Shown here: in pieces, positions 46,557 through 55,699 of the stretch | Position numbering within the stretch: the stretch's first letter is position 1 | Layout of the letters: every line of letters starts with the position of its first letter | DNA from: an uncultured Gammaproteobacteria bacterium | GTDB lineage: Bacteria > Patescibacteriota > Microgenomatia > UBA12405 | NCBI GenBank assembly: GCA_964408995.1 | Contig: CAYPBP010000002.1 | Span: forward strand, 32,491 to 96,490 | DNA length: 64,000 nt | Direction of reading: 5' to 3' | The notes under the pieces: generated by a model | The model's database searches: none | What the model was told of the DNA's origin: nothing | Seen by the model: only the letters and a program-made list of their open reading frames with translations | Position numbers and translations under genes: made by a program

Positions 46557-48170
46557 CTATTTATGGAAAATGAAATCTTTAAATCTTAAATAATATTTTT
46601 GATAGTCTTTTACTTCTTCTAACTTGAGAAAGTGAACAGAAAAGATATAAGTAGCTAAAGCAATTATAGAAGAAATTGCGGTAAGAGTTAAAACTGGAAT
46701 AACACGAGCTGTATCAAGGATAAAAAGATCTAAAAATTTTATAGACAACCAACCAACTATTCCCATTAGAACAGAAGAAATAACTATTTTGTAAAACTTT
46801 ATTAACATTAAAGGCCAATTGAAACCTTTAACAATCCTAACAAACATAATTAATAAACCTAAAAGCTGAACTACATTACCAATTGAAGCACTAATAGCTA
46901 GGCCGACAACTCCAAGATTAGTGAAATTAACAAAATAGAAACTGGTAGAAATGGTTATTACTAGAGAAACAGCTGAAACAAAAAATGGAACTTTAGTGTT
47001 GTGGAAAGCATAAAAAGCTCTAATTAGAATTTGAATTACAGCCTGACAAATTATGCCTGGAGTCAAAAAGGCTAAAATCTTAGCAGTTAAAAGAGTGGCC
47101 GACCAGGGAAATTGACGAGATCCATAAAGAATTCTAATGATAGAAACTCTTTCAATAAGAATTAAAACAGTAATAGGAATAGCAATAAATAAACTTTGAA
47201 TTATGATTTTACTAACAGTATTTCTAAACTTTTCTAATTCATTTTTAGCAATATTTTTGGAAAGTATTGGTAGAGATGCTTGACCAACTGTAGTGCCAAA
47301 GATACGGCTTGGCCAATACATAAATTGAAGAGCTAAATTTAAAAGGGAAATTGAGCCAGATGCTAGAGAGCTGGCAAAAAATAAAGTGACAGTATTTTCA
47401 ATTTCACCTAAACCAAGGGATAGAATTCTTGGTACCATAAGACGAAAAACTTCCCTAACTCCATTTAATTTTGTCCTGATAATAGGATAGTAAACAAAAC
47501 CTTGATGACGAACTACTGGAATTTGAATGGCTAAATGAAAGAAAGCACCAACAACAACACCAATGGCAACTCCATAAATACCAAACATAGGAGCTAGGGC
47601 AAAGATACTAATTATTATAAAAAAGTTATAAATAATAGGTGAGAGAGCAGGAACTATAAAGACTTGGTTAACCTGAAGAATGGCAGTAATGAAATTACTG
47701 AGTAAGAAAAAAATTTGGGCAATAAGTAGAATTCGACTAAGACTAGCCATTAAAACTAATTGATCCGGGAAAAAACCACCAGCAATTATTTTTGAGATGG
47801 GATTAATGAAAATAAAAGCAATTACAGCAATTACAAAAAAAGCAATTAAAAGAAGATTGATAACTGTAGAGGCAATTTCATCAGCAACTTTTTTGTTTTT
47901 ATGAAGATAACTTGAAAAAACAGGAATAAATGAAGCTGATAAAACTCCAGTAACTAATAATTTAAAAATTAGGTCTGGAAGACGAAAAGCAGCATTATAA
48001 ACATCAAGATCAGCTACACAACAAGAAAAGAAATGAGCGTATAAAAAACGATTTCTTAAAAGACCAAGAATTGAAGAAATACTAAAAGTAATAGCTAAAA
48101 CTAATGAAGCCGACAAAATAGTACTCTGTTTTCTTTGAGTTATTAATCTGATTCTTTCTTTTAATGTCAT
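46557..48170 (-). CDS. murJ: Lipid II flippase MurJ/MviN
   Basis: 537 aa, 14 TM, MOP-superfamily N-terminal pattern ...ILGLLRNRFLYAHF. Confidence 0.8.
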   Translation of the reverse strand: MTLKERIRLITQRKQSTILSASLVLAITFSISSILGLLRNRFLYAHFFSCCVADLDVYNAAFRLPDLIFKLLVTGVLSASFIPVFSSYLHKNKKVADEIASTVINLLLIAFFVIAVIAFIFINPISKIIAGGFFPDQLVLMASLSRILLIAQIFFLLSNFITAILQVNQVFIVPALSPIIYNFFIIISIFALAPMFGIYGVAIGVVVGAFFHLAIQIPVVRHQGFVYYPIIRTKLNGVREVFRLMVPRILSLGLGEIENTVTLFFASSLASGSISLLNLALQFMYWPSRIFGTTVGQASLPILSKNIAKNELEKFRNTVSKIIIQSLFIAIPITVLILIERVSIIRILYGSRQFPWSATLLTAKILAFLTPGIICQAVIQILIRAFYAFHNTKVPFFVSAVSLVITISTSFYFVNFTNLGVVGLAISASIGNVVQLLGLLIMFVRIVKGFNWPLMLIKFYKIVISSVLMGIVGWLSIKFLDLFILDTARVIPVLTLTAISSIIALATYIFSVHFLKLEEVKDYQKYYLRFKDFIFHK

Positions 48171-48208
48171 GCAATGAATTATAACTAATTATTTAACAGA
48201 TTATATAG

Positions 48209-48237
48209 TTGTAAATATGTGACTAATAAGATAAAAT
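48209..48237 (+). promoter_or_regulatory. Candidate sigma70 promoter of rpsT
   Basis: TTGTAA (48209-48214), a 17-nt spacer, then TAAAAT (48232-48237). The ATG at 48245 is only 7 nt downstream, suggesting a leaderless transcript. Confidence 0.35.
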
Positions 48238-48244
48238 ATTCCTC

Positions 48245-48559
48245 ATGCCAATAAGCTCATCTGCAAAAAAATCATTAAGAAAAGCCTTAAAAAATAATAA
48301 GGAAAATGTTTCTTTTAAAAACAAACTAAGAACTATTGTTAAAAAGTTTTTAGCTAAGCCAACAGCTGAAGGACTAAAAGAAGTTTATTCTGTATTAGAT
48401 AAGGCTGTTAAAAAGAATCTTTTTCATAAAAATAAAACTGCTAGACTTAAAGCTAACTATTCTAAGAAAGTTGGAGTTGAGGTCAAAGTGGTTAAAAAAG
48501 CTCCAGCTAAGAAAAAAGTGGTTAAAAAAGCTGCTAAAAAATCAAACAAAAAAATGTAA
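48245..48559 (+). CDS. rpsT: 30S ribosomal protein S20 with a K/A-rich C-terminal extension
   Basis: MPISSSAKKSLRKALKNNKEN...LFHKNKTARLKANYSKK. Confidence 0.85.
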   Translation: MPISSSAKKSLRKALKNNKENVSFKNKLRTIVKKFLAKPTAEGLKEVYSVLDKAVKKNLFHKNKTARLKANYSKKVGVEVKVVKKAPAKKKVVKKAAKKSNKKM

Positions 48560-48645
48560 AAGCCACTAGTTTGGATAATTCCAAATAATGTGGCAAAATA
48601 AGGGTATCGAAAGATACTCTTTTTTGTTTCTTAGGAACTAAAAAT

Positions 48646-50079
48646 ATGAACTCAAAAAAATTTTTTATAACTACCCCAATTTATTACATTAACGATATTC
48701 CTCATATAGGACATACCTGTAGTACTGTGGCGGCGGATATTGTGGCCCGATTTCACAGAGCAAAAAATGAAGAAGTATTTTTTCTAACTGGCACTGATGA
48801 ACATGGACAAAAAGTAGCTGAACCAGCAATCAAAGCAAATCTAAATCCAAAAGAATATTGTGACAGTATTGCTCCCCGATTTGAAGAAGCTTGGAAGGCT
48901 TTAAATATTAGTCATGATTTTTTTATTAGAACAACCGATTCTAGACATGAAAAAATAGTCAATGAATTTTTACAAAAAATTTATGACAAGGGTGATGTTT
49001 ATAAAGCAAAATATGAAGGCTGGTATTGTGTCGGCTGTGAAAAGTTTTTAACTGAAGTGGAATTAGTTGACAAACATTGTTCTCTTCATCCACCAGAGAA
49101 AACTGTTTTTAAAAGTGAAGAAAATTGGTTTTTTAAATTAAGCAAATATATTCCTCAAATTATTAAATTAATTGAGGATGATAAAACTAATTATATTTTC
49201 CCTGAAGGAAAAAGATTAGAAATATTATCAAAACTTAAAAAAGAAGAAATTAGAGATATTTCAATTTCCAGAGAAAACGTGGAATGGGGCATTCCTACAC
49301 CTTGGGATTCTAAACAAACTGTCTATGTGTGGTTTGACGCTTTAATTAATTATTACAGTGCAACTCAATTTGTTGAAGGTAAAAAAGATTTTTGGCCAGC
49401 AAGTGTTCACTTATTAGCTAAAGATATTTTGTGGTTTCATACAGTTATTTGGCAAGCCATGCTTTTATCAGCTGACTTACCATTACCTATAAAAACTTTT
49501 ACTCATAGTTTTTATTTAATTGATGGTAATAAAATGTCAAAATCTTTGGGAAATGTAATTAGCCCAGGTCAATTAGTAGAAACTTTTGGAGTTGATGGAT
49601 CTAGGTATTTAATTGCCAGATCTTTTCCTGGAGAAAATGATAGTGATGTAGGAATTGAAAGATTTAAGGAAAAATATAATGCTGATTTAGCAAATAATTT
49701 AGGGAATTTAATTTCTAGAGTAGCAAAGTTAGCTGAAGGCCAATCTCAATCTTCCCCCGACCCCTTCTTTGACAAGACGGGGAGTTTTAATGAAGAATTT
49801 GAAAACTTAATTGAGAAATTTGATTTTAATCAGGCGATTGCTTTAGTTTTTGATAAATGGATTGATAGTTCAAATTTAAAATTGAATCAAACTACACCAT
49901 GGAAATTAGAAAAAGATAATACTGATAGAATTACAGTCTTAAATGAATGTATCAAAAACATTTTGAAAGCTGCTTTCCATTTGCAAATTTTTATGCCAGA
50001 AGTGGCCCAAAAAATTGAAAATTGTTTCAAAGATGAAGTTAAACCACTTGAGGAATCTTTATTTCCAAGAATAAAATAA
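48646..50079 (+). CDS. metG: Methionyl-tRNA synthetase (short form, no C-terminal tRNA-binding appendix)
   Basis: HIGH (PHIGHTCS) and KMSKS (KMSKSLGN). Contains the in-frame family A element at 49741-49783. Confidence 0.95.
   Translation: MNSKKFFITTPIYYINDIPHIGHTCSTVAADIVARFHRAKNEEVFFLTGTDEHGQKVAEPAIKANLNPKEYCDSIAPRFEEAWKALNISHDFFIRTTDSRHEKIVNEFLQKIYDKGDVYKAKYEGWYCVGCEKFLTEVELVDKHCSLHPPEKTVFKSEENWFFKLSKYIPQIIKLIEDDKTNYIFPEGKRLEILSKLKKEEIRDISISRENVEWGIPTPWDSKQTVYVWFDALINYYSATQFVEGKKDFWPASVHLLAKDILWFHTVIWQAMLLSADLPLPIKTFTHSFYLIDGNKMSKSLGNVISPGQLVETFGVDGSRYLIARSFPGENDSDVGIERFKEKYNADLANNLGNLISRVAKLAEGQSQSSPDPFFDKTGSFNEEFENLIEKFDFNQAIALVFDKWIDSSNLKLNQTTPWKLEKDNTDRITVLNECIKNILKAAFHLQIFMPEVAQKIENCFKDEVKPLEESLFPRIK
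49741..49783. repeat. Family A GC-rich palindromic element, copy A4, in-frame in metG
   Basis: caatctcaatcttcccccgaccccttctttgacaagacgggga, which encodes QSQSSPDPFFDKTG in the anticodon-binding domain. Confidence 0.65.
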
Positions 50080-50080
50080 G

Positions 50081-50800
50081 ATGATTGACACTCATGCTCA
50101 TCTAGATATATTGTGCGACACTGATAAGGAAATAGATAAAATTATTTTGGCTGGAGCCAGAATTGAAGATTCAAAAAATAACCTAATTTTAGGCAAAAAA
50201 TATCCAGATAAACTTTTAATTACGGTCGGAATTCATCCTCAAGAAATTAATGATTCCCCTGCTGAACTTAAGAGGATAGTGGATAAAAACTATAAAGACA
50301 TTGTGGCAATTGGCGAGTGTGGTTTAGATTTTTCAACTGATACTGATAAGAAAAAACAAGAAAAGATTTTTAGAGATCAAATAGAATTGGCTAAAAAATA
50401 TAAACTACCATTAATAATTCATGCTAGAAAAGCAGTTAATGAAGTGATTGAAATTTTAAAAGAGTATAAAGATTTGTCTGGAGTGTTTCATTGTTATACC
50501 GGAGGAAATAAAAGAATTAAAAGAATAATTGATCTTGGAGAAAATTGGTATTTTGGAATTGATGGAAATGTGACTTACGAAAAAGGATTAGTAGATGTGG
50601 TTAAAAATATACCAAAAGATAGACTTATACTAGAAACAGACTCCCCTTATTTAACTCCAGTACCTTTTAGGGGTGAAATTAACAGTCCAAAGAATATGCT
50701 TTATATTTATAAAAAAGTGGCCGAAATTTGGAATAAAAGTTTTGAAGAAACAGAAAAGATTATCGATGAAAACGCAAAAAAATTATTTAAGATCGTCTAA
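50081..50800 (+). CDS. tatD: TatD-family metal-dependent DNase/hydrolase
   Basis: MIDTHAHLD, GECGLDF. A conserved metG-tatD gene pair. Confidence 0.9.
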   Translation: MIDTHAHLDILCDTDKEIDKIILAGARIEDSKNNLILGKKYPDKLLITVGIHPQEINDSPAELKRIVDKNYKDIVAIGECGLDFSTDTDKKKQEKIFRDQIELAKKYKLPLIIHARKAVNEVIEILKEYKDLSGVFHCYTGGNKRIKRIIDLGENWYFGIDGNVTYEKGLVDVVKNIPKDRLILETDSPYLTPVPFRGEINSPKNMLYIYKKVAEIWNKSFEETEKIIDENAKKLFKIV

Positions 50801-50995
50801 ACCATTACCATCAAGTAATAGAAGTATAAAACCTAGTCCAACAGAAGTTAGATAACTTAATAACTCATTTCCAGGGAAAACAAAAAGATCCATAAGCCCC
50901 CAAACACCTCGCCAAATGATGATTATAGCAAGTAAGTTGATTATTATACGTAAATTTTTTCGAGTTGATAAAAATTTTCTAAGCTTTTTAAGCAT
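50783..50995 (-). CDS. Hypothetical small membrane protein
   Basis: 70 aa with two hydrophobic segments. Weak support. Confidence 0.25.
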   Translation of the reverse strand: MLKKLRKFLSTRKNLRIIINLLAIIIIWRGVWGLMDLFVFPGNELLSYLTSVGLGFILLLLDGNGLDDLK

Positions 50996-50999
50996 ATTA

Positions 51000-51236
51000 T
51001 TAAAATTCTGAAATGATGTTTTCTAATTCTTTTAGAGATGGGTATTTATCCATAAAAGCAACTTCACCATCGATTAGAAGAATGGTATTGCCTTGCAAAC
51101 CCATAGTTATAACTTTGGACATGTCTTTTATATATTCTGGATCATAATCTATTTGAAGACGTCTGCAGACTTCTTCTATATTAGAAAATAACTGTTTACC
51201 TTTTGGAGTGCCTCTATCAAATAATTGAATACGCAT
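51000..51236 (-). CDS. Small thioredoxin-fold protein lacking the CxxC active site
   Basis: 78 aa, collinear with the redox-active-disulfide-protein-2 family (MKIxVLGxGCAKCK...), but the CxxC position reads TPKG. Confidence 0.45.
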   Translation of the reverse strand: MRIQLFDRGTPKGKQLFSNIEEVCRRLQIDYDPEYIKDMSKVITMGLQGNTILLIDGEVAFMDKYPSLKELENIISEF

Positions 51237-51237
51237 A

Positions 51238-51429
51238 TTATTTTTCTGGTTTAATTACTAAATTTTTTGGAGCAGGTAATGATTCATCAACAACTAAATC
51301 TTGTGGAACCCAAGCTGAATCGTTAAGATCTTCTGGTTTTAAATCTTGTGGAACCCAAGCTCCATCACTTAATTCTTCTGCTAGAATTCCTTGGTCTGGA
51401 ATGGATTTAAAAAATCTTTTTTCAACCAT
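51238..51429 (-). CDS. Hypothetical small acidic protein with an internal AWVPQDL duplication
   Basis: The 63-aa ORF has a 19-bp DNA repeat, atcttgtggaacccaagct, occurring twice. Confidence 0.3.
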   Translation of the reverse strand: MVEKRFFKSIPDQGILAEELSDGAWVPQDLKPEDLNDSAWVPQDLVVDESLPAPKNLVIKPEK

Positions 51430-51472
51430 AAGTTATTATAACAAATCCACCCCTACCCCTCCTTTGATCCTC

Positions 51473-51509
51473 CTTCGTCCCGCAGCGGCGGGACTACGGA
51501 CGGACGAAG
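51473..51509. repeat. GC-rich palindromic element (family B, copy 2) downstream of folD
   Basis: cttcgtcccgcagcggcgggactacggacggacgaag. Alternative nested stems, preceded by a C-rich tract. Confidence 0.55.
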
Positions 51510-51525
51510 CAATAGGGGGTAATTT

Positions 51526-52371
51526 TTATTCTTTATTTTGTTTTTTAAAAATTTCAACAGTATTAAATAAAAGTGAAGCAATAGTCATGGGACCAACACC
51601 ACCTGGAACTGGGGTTATAAAACTGGCAATTTGGGAAACTTCATCAAAATCAACATCACCAATTAATTTACCAGTTTTTGGATCTGGACTTAGACCAATA
51701 TCAACAACAATGGCACCATCTTTGACAAAATCTTTGGTAATTAATTTTGATTTTCCAACTGAAGTGACTAAAATATCAGCTTTTTTACAAATATCTTGAA
51801 GATTTTGAGTGTGACTATGACAAATAGTTACAGTACTATTTTTACCTAATAATAAGGCAGAAAGTGGTAATCCAATAAAATGACTTCGACCAACTATTAC
51901 CGCGTTTTTTCCGCTAAAATCAACATTATATTCTTCTAATAATTTAATGACACCAAAGGGAGTAGCAGAAGCAATAGCTTGGGGTTTTTTTTGAAAAAGT
52001 AGACCTAAATTAAGAGCCGTTAAACCATCGGCATCTTTTTTGGGATCGATATTATCTAAAACTTCTGCGGTATCAATCTGTGGTGGAAATGGTAATTGAG
52101 TCATAAAAGCAGTAACCTTATCATCATTGTTTAGTTTTTTAACTAGAGCAATAACCTCGGCAGTAGTTGAAGATTGAGGTAAATGATGAATTTCACCATC
52201 AATACCAATTTCAGCAGCTTTTTTTTGTTTCATCTGATCGTATTGAAGACTGGCTGGATCATCCCCGACTAAAATTATATCTAGTTTAGCTTTTTTTGAA
52301 TATTTTTCTAATTCAATTTTTAAATTATTGGAAATTTTTTGAGCTGTGGCTTTGCCATCTAGGATTGTCAT
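51526..52371 (-). CDS. folD: Bifunctional methylenetetrahydrofolate dehydrogenase/cyclohydrolase
   Basis: MTILDGKATAQKI..., GRSHFIGLPLSALLL, PGGVGPMT. Confidence 0.9.
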   Translation of the reverse strand: MTILDGKATAQKISNNLKIELEKYSKKAKLDIILVGDDPASLQYDQMKQKKAAEIGIDGEIHHLPQSSTTAEVIALVKKLNNDDKVTAFMTQLPFPPQIDTAEVLDNIDPKKDADGLTALNLGLLFQKKPQAIASATPFGVIKLLEEYNVDFSGKNAVIVGRSHFIGLPLSALLLGKNSTVTICHSHTQNLQDICKKADILVTSVGKSKLITKDFVKDGAIVVDIGLSPDPKTGKLIGDVDFDEVSQIASFITPVPGGVGPMTIASLLFNTVEIFKKQNKE

Positions 52372-52423
52372 AATTTAGTTTATCAAGTTTTAAAGTTATA
52401 AAGTTTTTAAAGTTAATTAATTA

Positions 52424-52455
52424 TTTATTTAATTATATACGCCCCTCGGTGCGGG
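52424..52455 (-). terminator. Intrinsic terminator downstream of map (repeat family E, copy 2)
   Basis: tatatacgcccctcggtgcggggcgtatata, the same 12-bp stem as at 6033-6065. Confidence 0.6.
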
Positions 52456-52467
52456 GCGTATATATGT

Positions 52468-53223
52468 TTATTTAGTTAAAATTTCAGAACCAGTTTTAGT
52501 AATTAAAACTGTATGTTCAAATTGGGCTGATAATGAGCCATCCATAGTTCTAATTGTCCAACCATCATTTTTATCAATAGTGATTTGAGAATTTAAAGAA
52601 GCGTTAATCATTGGCTCGATGGTAAAAATCATGCCTTCTTTTAAAACTGTTTTTTCTTGTTCAGTGTCAAAATGAAAAACAAAAGGATCTTCATGAAAAT
52701 CAATACCAACTCCATGACCACCAAGCTCGCGGACAATACTATAACCTTTCTTTTTGACAATTGGCTCGATAACTTTACCAACACAATCATTTAATAATTT
52801 GCCTGGTTTTAGAGATTTGATTGAATCATCTAAACATTTTTTAGTGGTTTCAATTAAATCTTTAGCCTCTTTACTGATTTTCCCAACTGGAAAAGTGGCG
52901 GAAACATCGCCGTAATAACCATTTAGAATAGTGGTGACATCAATATTAACAATATCCCCTTCTTTTAGAATATCTGTTTTACAGGGAATGCCATGACAAA
53001 CAACATTATTAATTGAAGTACAAATACTTTTAGGGAAACCACTGTAATTTAGTGGAGCTGGAATGGCTTTGGCGTTGATAATAAATTGATGAGCTAATTT
53101 ATTGATTTCTTCAGTTGAAATACCTGGTTTTACAAACTGGGAAAGATATTTAAGAGTAGTGGCGGCCAATTTAGACGACTTTCTGATACCTTCAATTTGA
53201 TTTTTGTCTTTAATAATAATCAC
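52468..53223 (-). CDS. map: Methionine aminopeptidase type I
   Basis: 251 aa with the pita-bread metal ligands (D..D..H..E..E pattern) and the typical MetAP-I N-terminus. Confidence 0.93.
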   Translation of the reverse strand: MIIIKDKNQIEGIRKSSKLAATTLKYLSQFVKPGISTEEINKLAHQFIINAKAIPAPLNYSGFPKSICTSINNVVCHGIPCKTDILKEGDIVNIDVTTILNGYYGDVSATFPVGKISKEAKDLIETTKKCLDDSIKSLKPGKLLNDCVGKVIEPIVKKKGYSIVRELGGHGVGIDFHEDPFVFHFDTEQEKTVLKEGMIFTIEPMINASLNSQITIDKNDGWTIRTMDGSLSAQFEHTVLITKTGSEILTK

Positions 53224-53229
53224 AAGTTA

Positions 53230-53874
53230 TTATATAACGGTTTTCTTAAATTCTATATAAGAATAGGCAAAAACAAAAACAGTAACCAAAAGAACTGGAA
53301 TTAAGATAAAAAATATTGCATATTGAGGAAAAGGTAGACTTAAAAGACTTAAAAGAGCAACTAATTTAAATAATTTGCCACCAATTTGATGAGTTTTGTC
53401 CCAAACTGTAACATTTGACATAGTCCAAGGGGTACGAATACCAACAAACCAATTTTGTTTGGCATGTAACATTAGAACTCCAGCATAATAAAAAAGAAGA
53501 GCAAAAGCGGGTGAAAGAATTTGAATCATATTAAAGCGAAAACCTAAATTCCAAATAATAGTAATTAAATAAATGTAAAAGAAAAAAGAAAAAATTAAAT
53601 TAATAAAATTTTGAAAATAATTTTTGAATTGATCAAAGTTTTTTTTGTAAGGATCGATTTTGGGTAAACTAATAAAAAGAAAAAATAAAGATACTGATAA
53701 AACTGGCATAAAAAAGAGACCAAAAGCTTTTGAAGAGTAACCATCAGCTTGCCCACTAACACCCCAATGAGTGGCAATTTGTGATGGCATAATTGGGTAA
53801 AAATAAAAAGCAACAACAAAAGAAAGTAAAATTAAAACAACAGGAAATATAATAGAAAGTTTTTTTGTTTTCAT
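53230..53874 (-). CDS. SdpI/YhfL-family membrane protein (DUF1648-like N-terminus)
   Basis: HWGVSGQADGYSSK and GIRTPWTMSNVTVWDKTH motifs, 5-6 TM helices. Confidence 0.55.
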   Translation of the reverse strand: MKTKKLSIIFPVVLILLSFVVAFYFYPIMPSQIATHWGVSGQADGYSSKAFGLFFMPVLSVSLFFLFISLPKIDPYKKNFDQFKNYFQNFINLIFSFFFYIYLITIIWNLGFRFNMIQILSPAFALLFYYAGVLMLHAKQNWFVGIRTPWTMSNVTVWDKTHQIGGKLFKLVALLSLLSLPFPQYAIFFILIPVLLVTVFVFAYSYIEFKKTVI

Positions 53875-53901
53875 AAATTCATTATATGCTAAAATTCAGC
53901 C

Positions 53902-54654
53902 ATGGAAAACACTTCATGGCAAAAAGTAAGTAAATGGTACAACAAAACGGTTGGTACGGACGGTCATTATTACCATCAAGCCATAATATTACCAAACTTA
54001 AAAAGACTTTTGAAACTTGATAAAAATAGCTCTCTTCTTGATTTAGCTTGTGGACAGGGAATATTAGAAAGATATCTAGATAAAGAAATTGATTATATTG
54101 GAATTGATTTGGCTAGTAATTTGATTGCTGAGGCTAATAAGAAAAAAATAAATATTAATCATAAGTTTTTAGTGGCTGATGTGAGTAAAGAATTACCAAT
54201 TAATAAAAATGATTTTGATGCTGGTGCAATAATTTTGGCCTTACAAAATATAAAAAAACCATTTGGAGTGATTAGAAACTTTTCTAAACATTTAAAAAAA
54301 GATGGTCAATTGATAATTGTTTTAAACCATCCAATTTTTAGAATCCCCCGTCATAGCAGTTGGGGTGAGGATATGACTAACAATAAAATTCAATATCGAA
54401 GGGTTGATGATTATATGACACCTTTGGAAATTCCAATTGTGACAAATCCTGGGAAAAAAGAAAGTGAAAATACTTGGTCTTATCACTATCCCCTGTCAGC
54501 TTATAGTGAAATGCTTTTTGATAATGGATTTTTTATTGAGAAAATTGAAGAGTGGGTCTCTGATAAAAAAAGTACTGGGTCTAATGCTAGGGTGGAAGAC
54601 AGGGCTAGAAAAGAGTTCCCTTTGTTTATGGCAATTGTGGCTAGAAAAAATTAA
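53902..54654 (+). CDS. Class I SAM-dependent methyltransferase
   Basis: Motif I LLDLACGQG. Rossmann layout. Confidence 0.75.
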   Translation: MENTSWQKVSKWYNKTVGTDGHYYHQAIILPNLKRLLKLDKNSSLLDLACGQGILERYLDKEIDYIGIDLASNLIAEANKKKININHKFLVADVSKELPINKNDFDAGAIILALQNIKKPFGVIRNFSKHLKKDGQLIIVLNHPIFRIPRHSSWGEDMTNNKIQYRRVDDYMTPLEIPIVTNPGKKESENTWSYHYPLSAYSEMLFDNGFFIEKIEEWVSDKKSTGSNARVEDRARKEFPLFMAIVARKN

Positions 54655-55112
54655 TTTTCTTTGATAAAAATTTGGCAGTGCCAAATTTCGGGAATTGATT
54701 TATTTTGAGGATGATTTACAAACCAAATATAATCTAGATTAGGAAACTGTTTTTTAATTTCTGATTCGATTGTCTCAAATGAAGGCTCTCCTAGCTTACT
54801 CCATAAACAATAATGTTTTACATTTGGAAGATGTTGAATTAATTTACTATAAGGAAATCTATTGGGAGTAATTTTGATTTCTTGATTTCCAATTTCATCA
54901 ATAATCCTTTGGATGTATTGCTGACGAGGAAAACTTTTTCGAAAGTTATCATAAGCTTGATTATCTTCTTTAAAACGAGTTATATTATTTCTAAATATCC
55001 CAATTTTATCTTTTAGGGCAACCAACTCTGGCCAATTTTTTGGGAATTTTGAATCTGAAAACCTAGTTATCATATTTAACCAACAATTAATTGTTTGCCA
55101 AAAGCAATACAA
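54651..55112 (-). CDS. Hypothetical protein
   Basis: 153 aa (or shorter from the internal Met MITRF). No motif recognised. Confidence 0.3.
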   Translation of the reverse strand: MYCFWQTINCWLNMITRFSDSKFPKNWPELVALKDKIGIFRNNITRFKEDNQAYDNFRKSFPRQQYIQRIIDEIGNQEIKITPNRFPYSKLIQHLPNVKHYCLWSKLGEPSFETIESEIKKQFPNLDYIWFVNHPQNKSIPEIWHCQIFIKEN

Positions 55113-55699
55113 GTTTGACGAGTTTCAACTAAAGAAAAACCCTTAAACTCAAGAGCTTCTTGAAAACTCTTTGTAACTTCGGCGATATCTTTGACATCAA
55201 TTGATCTAACAAAAGTTTCAGGATTAATAGTTTTTAAAAGTTCGACGGCATTGATTGGTTGGTTAAGATTTCCAAGTGGTGTTGATTTCGTTTGTGAACC
55301 TTTTGGAGTGGTGGGGCTGGTTTGACCAGTGGTTAAACTGTAAAGAAAATTATTAGAGACAAAAACAGTAATATCGATATTGGCCCGAGCAGCAGTAATT
55401 AAATGATTTAGACCTTCACCATAAATACCACCATCTCCACCAATAGCACAAACAGTAAGATTGGGGTTGGCTATTTTTTCGCCCATAGCCATGGCAATAC
55501 AACGACCATGAAGAGTATGAACTCCGTAGGTTTTTAAAAAATCAGCCATATTACCAGCACAACCAATGTCATAGTTCATGACAAGATCAGATGTTTTGAT
55601 TTTAAGGTTATTGAAAGCAGTTTGAAGAGCAGCAAAAACTAAATAATTATGACAACCAGGACACCAAGTTGGAGCTATTTGGGATTTATAATTAATCAT
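55076..55699 (-). CDS. 2-oxoacid:ferredoxin oxidoreductase, beta (TPP-binding) subunit
   Basis: CPGCH, GDGG and TPP-binding fold motifs. Confidence 0.85.
   Translation of the reverse strand: MINYKSQIAPTWCPGCHNYLVFAALQTAFNNLKIKTSDLVMNYDIGCAGNMADFLKTYGVHTLHGRCIAMAMGEKIANPNLTVCAIGGDGGIYGEGLNHLITAARANIDITVFVSNNFLYSLTTGQTSPTTPKGSQTKSTPLGNLNQPINAVELLKTINPETFVRSIDVKDIAEVTKSFQEALEFKGFSLVETRQTCIAFGKQLIVG

Noticed and set aside
51203-51799. Plus-strand 198-aa ORF
   Set aside because: It overlaps folD and the small minus-strand ORF antisense. It has no motifs and spans the GC-rich repeat.
54340-54375. Possible additional GC-rich in-frame element (atcccccgtcatagcagttggggtgagg) in the methyltransferase gene
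   Set aside because: Only a 4-5-bp stem and no second copy seen in the window. Too weak to call.
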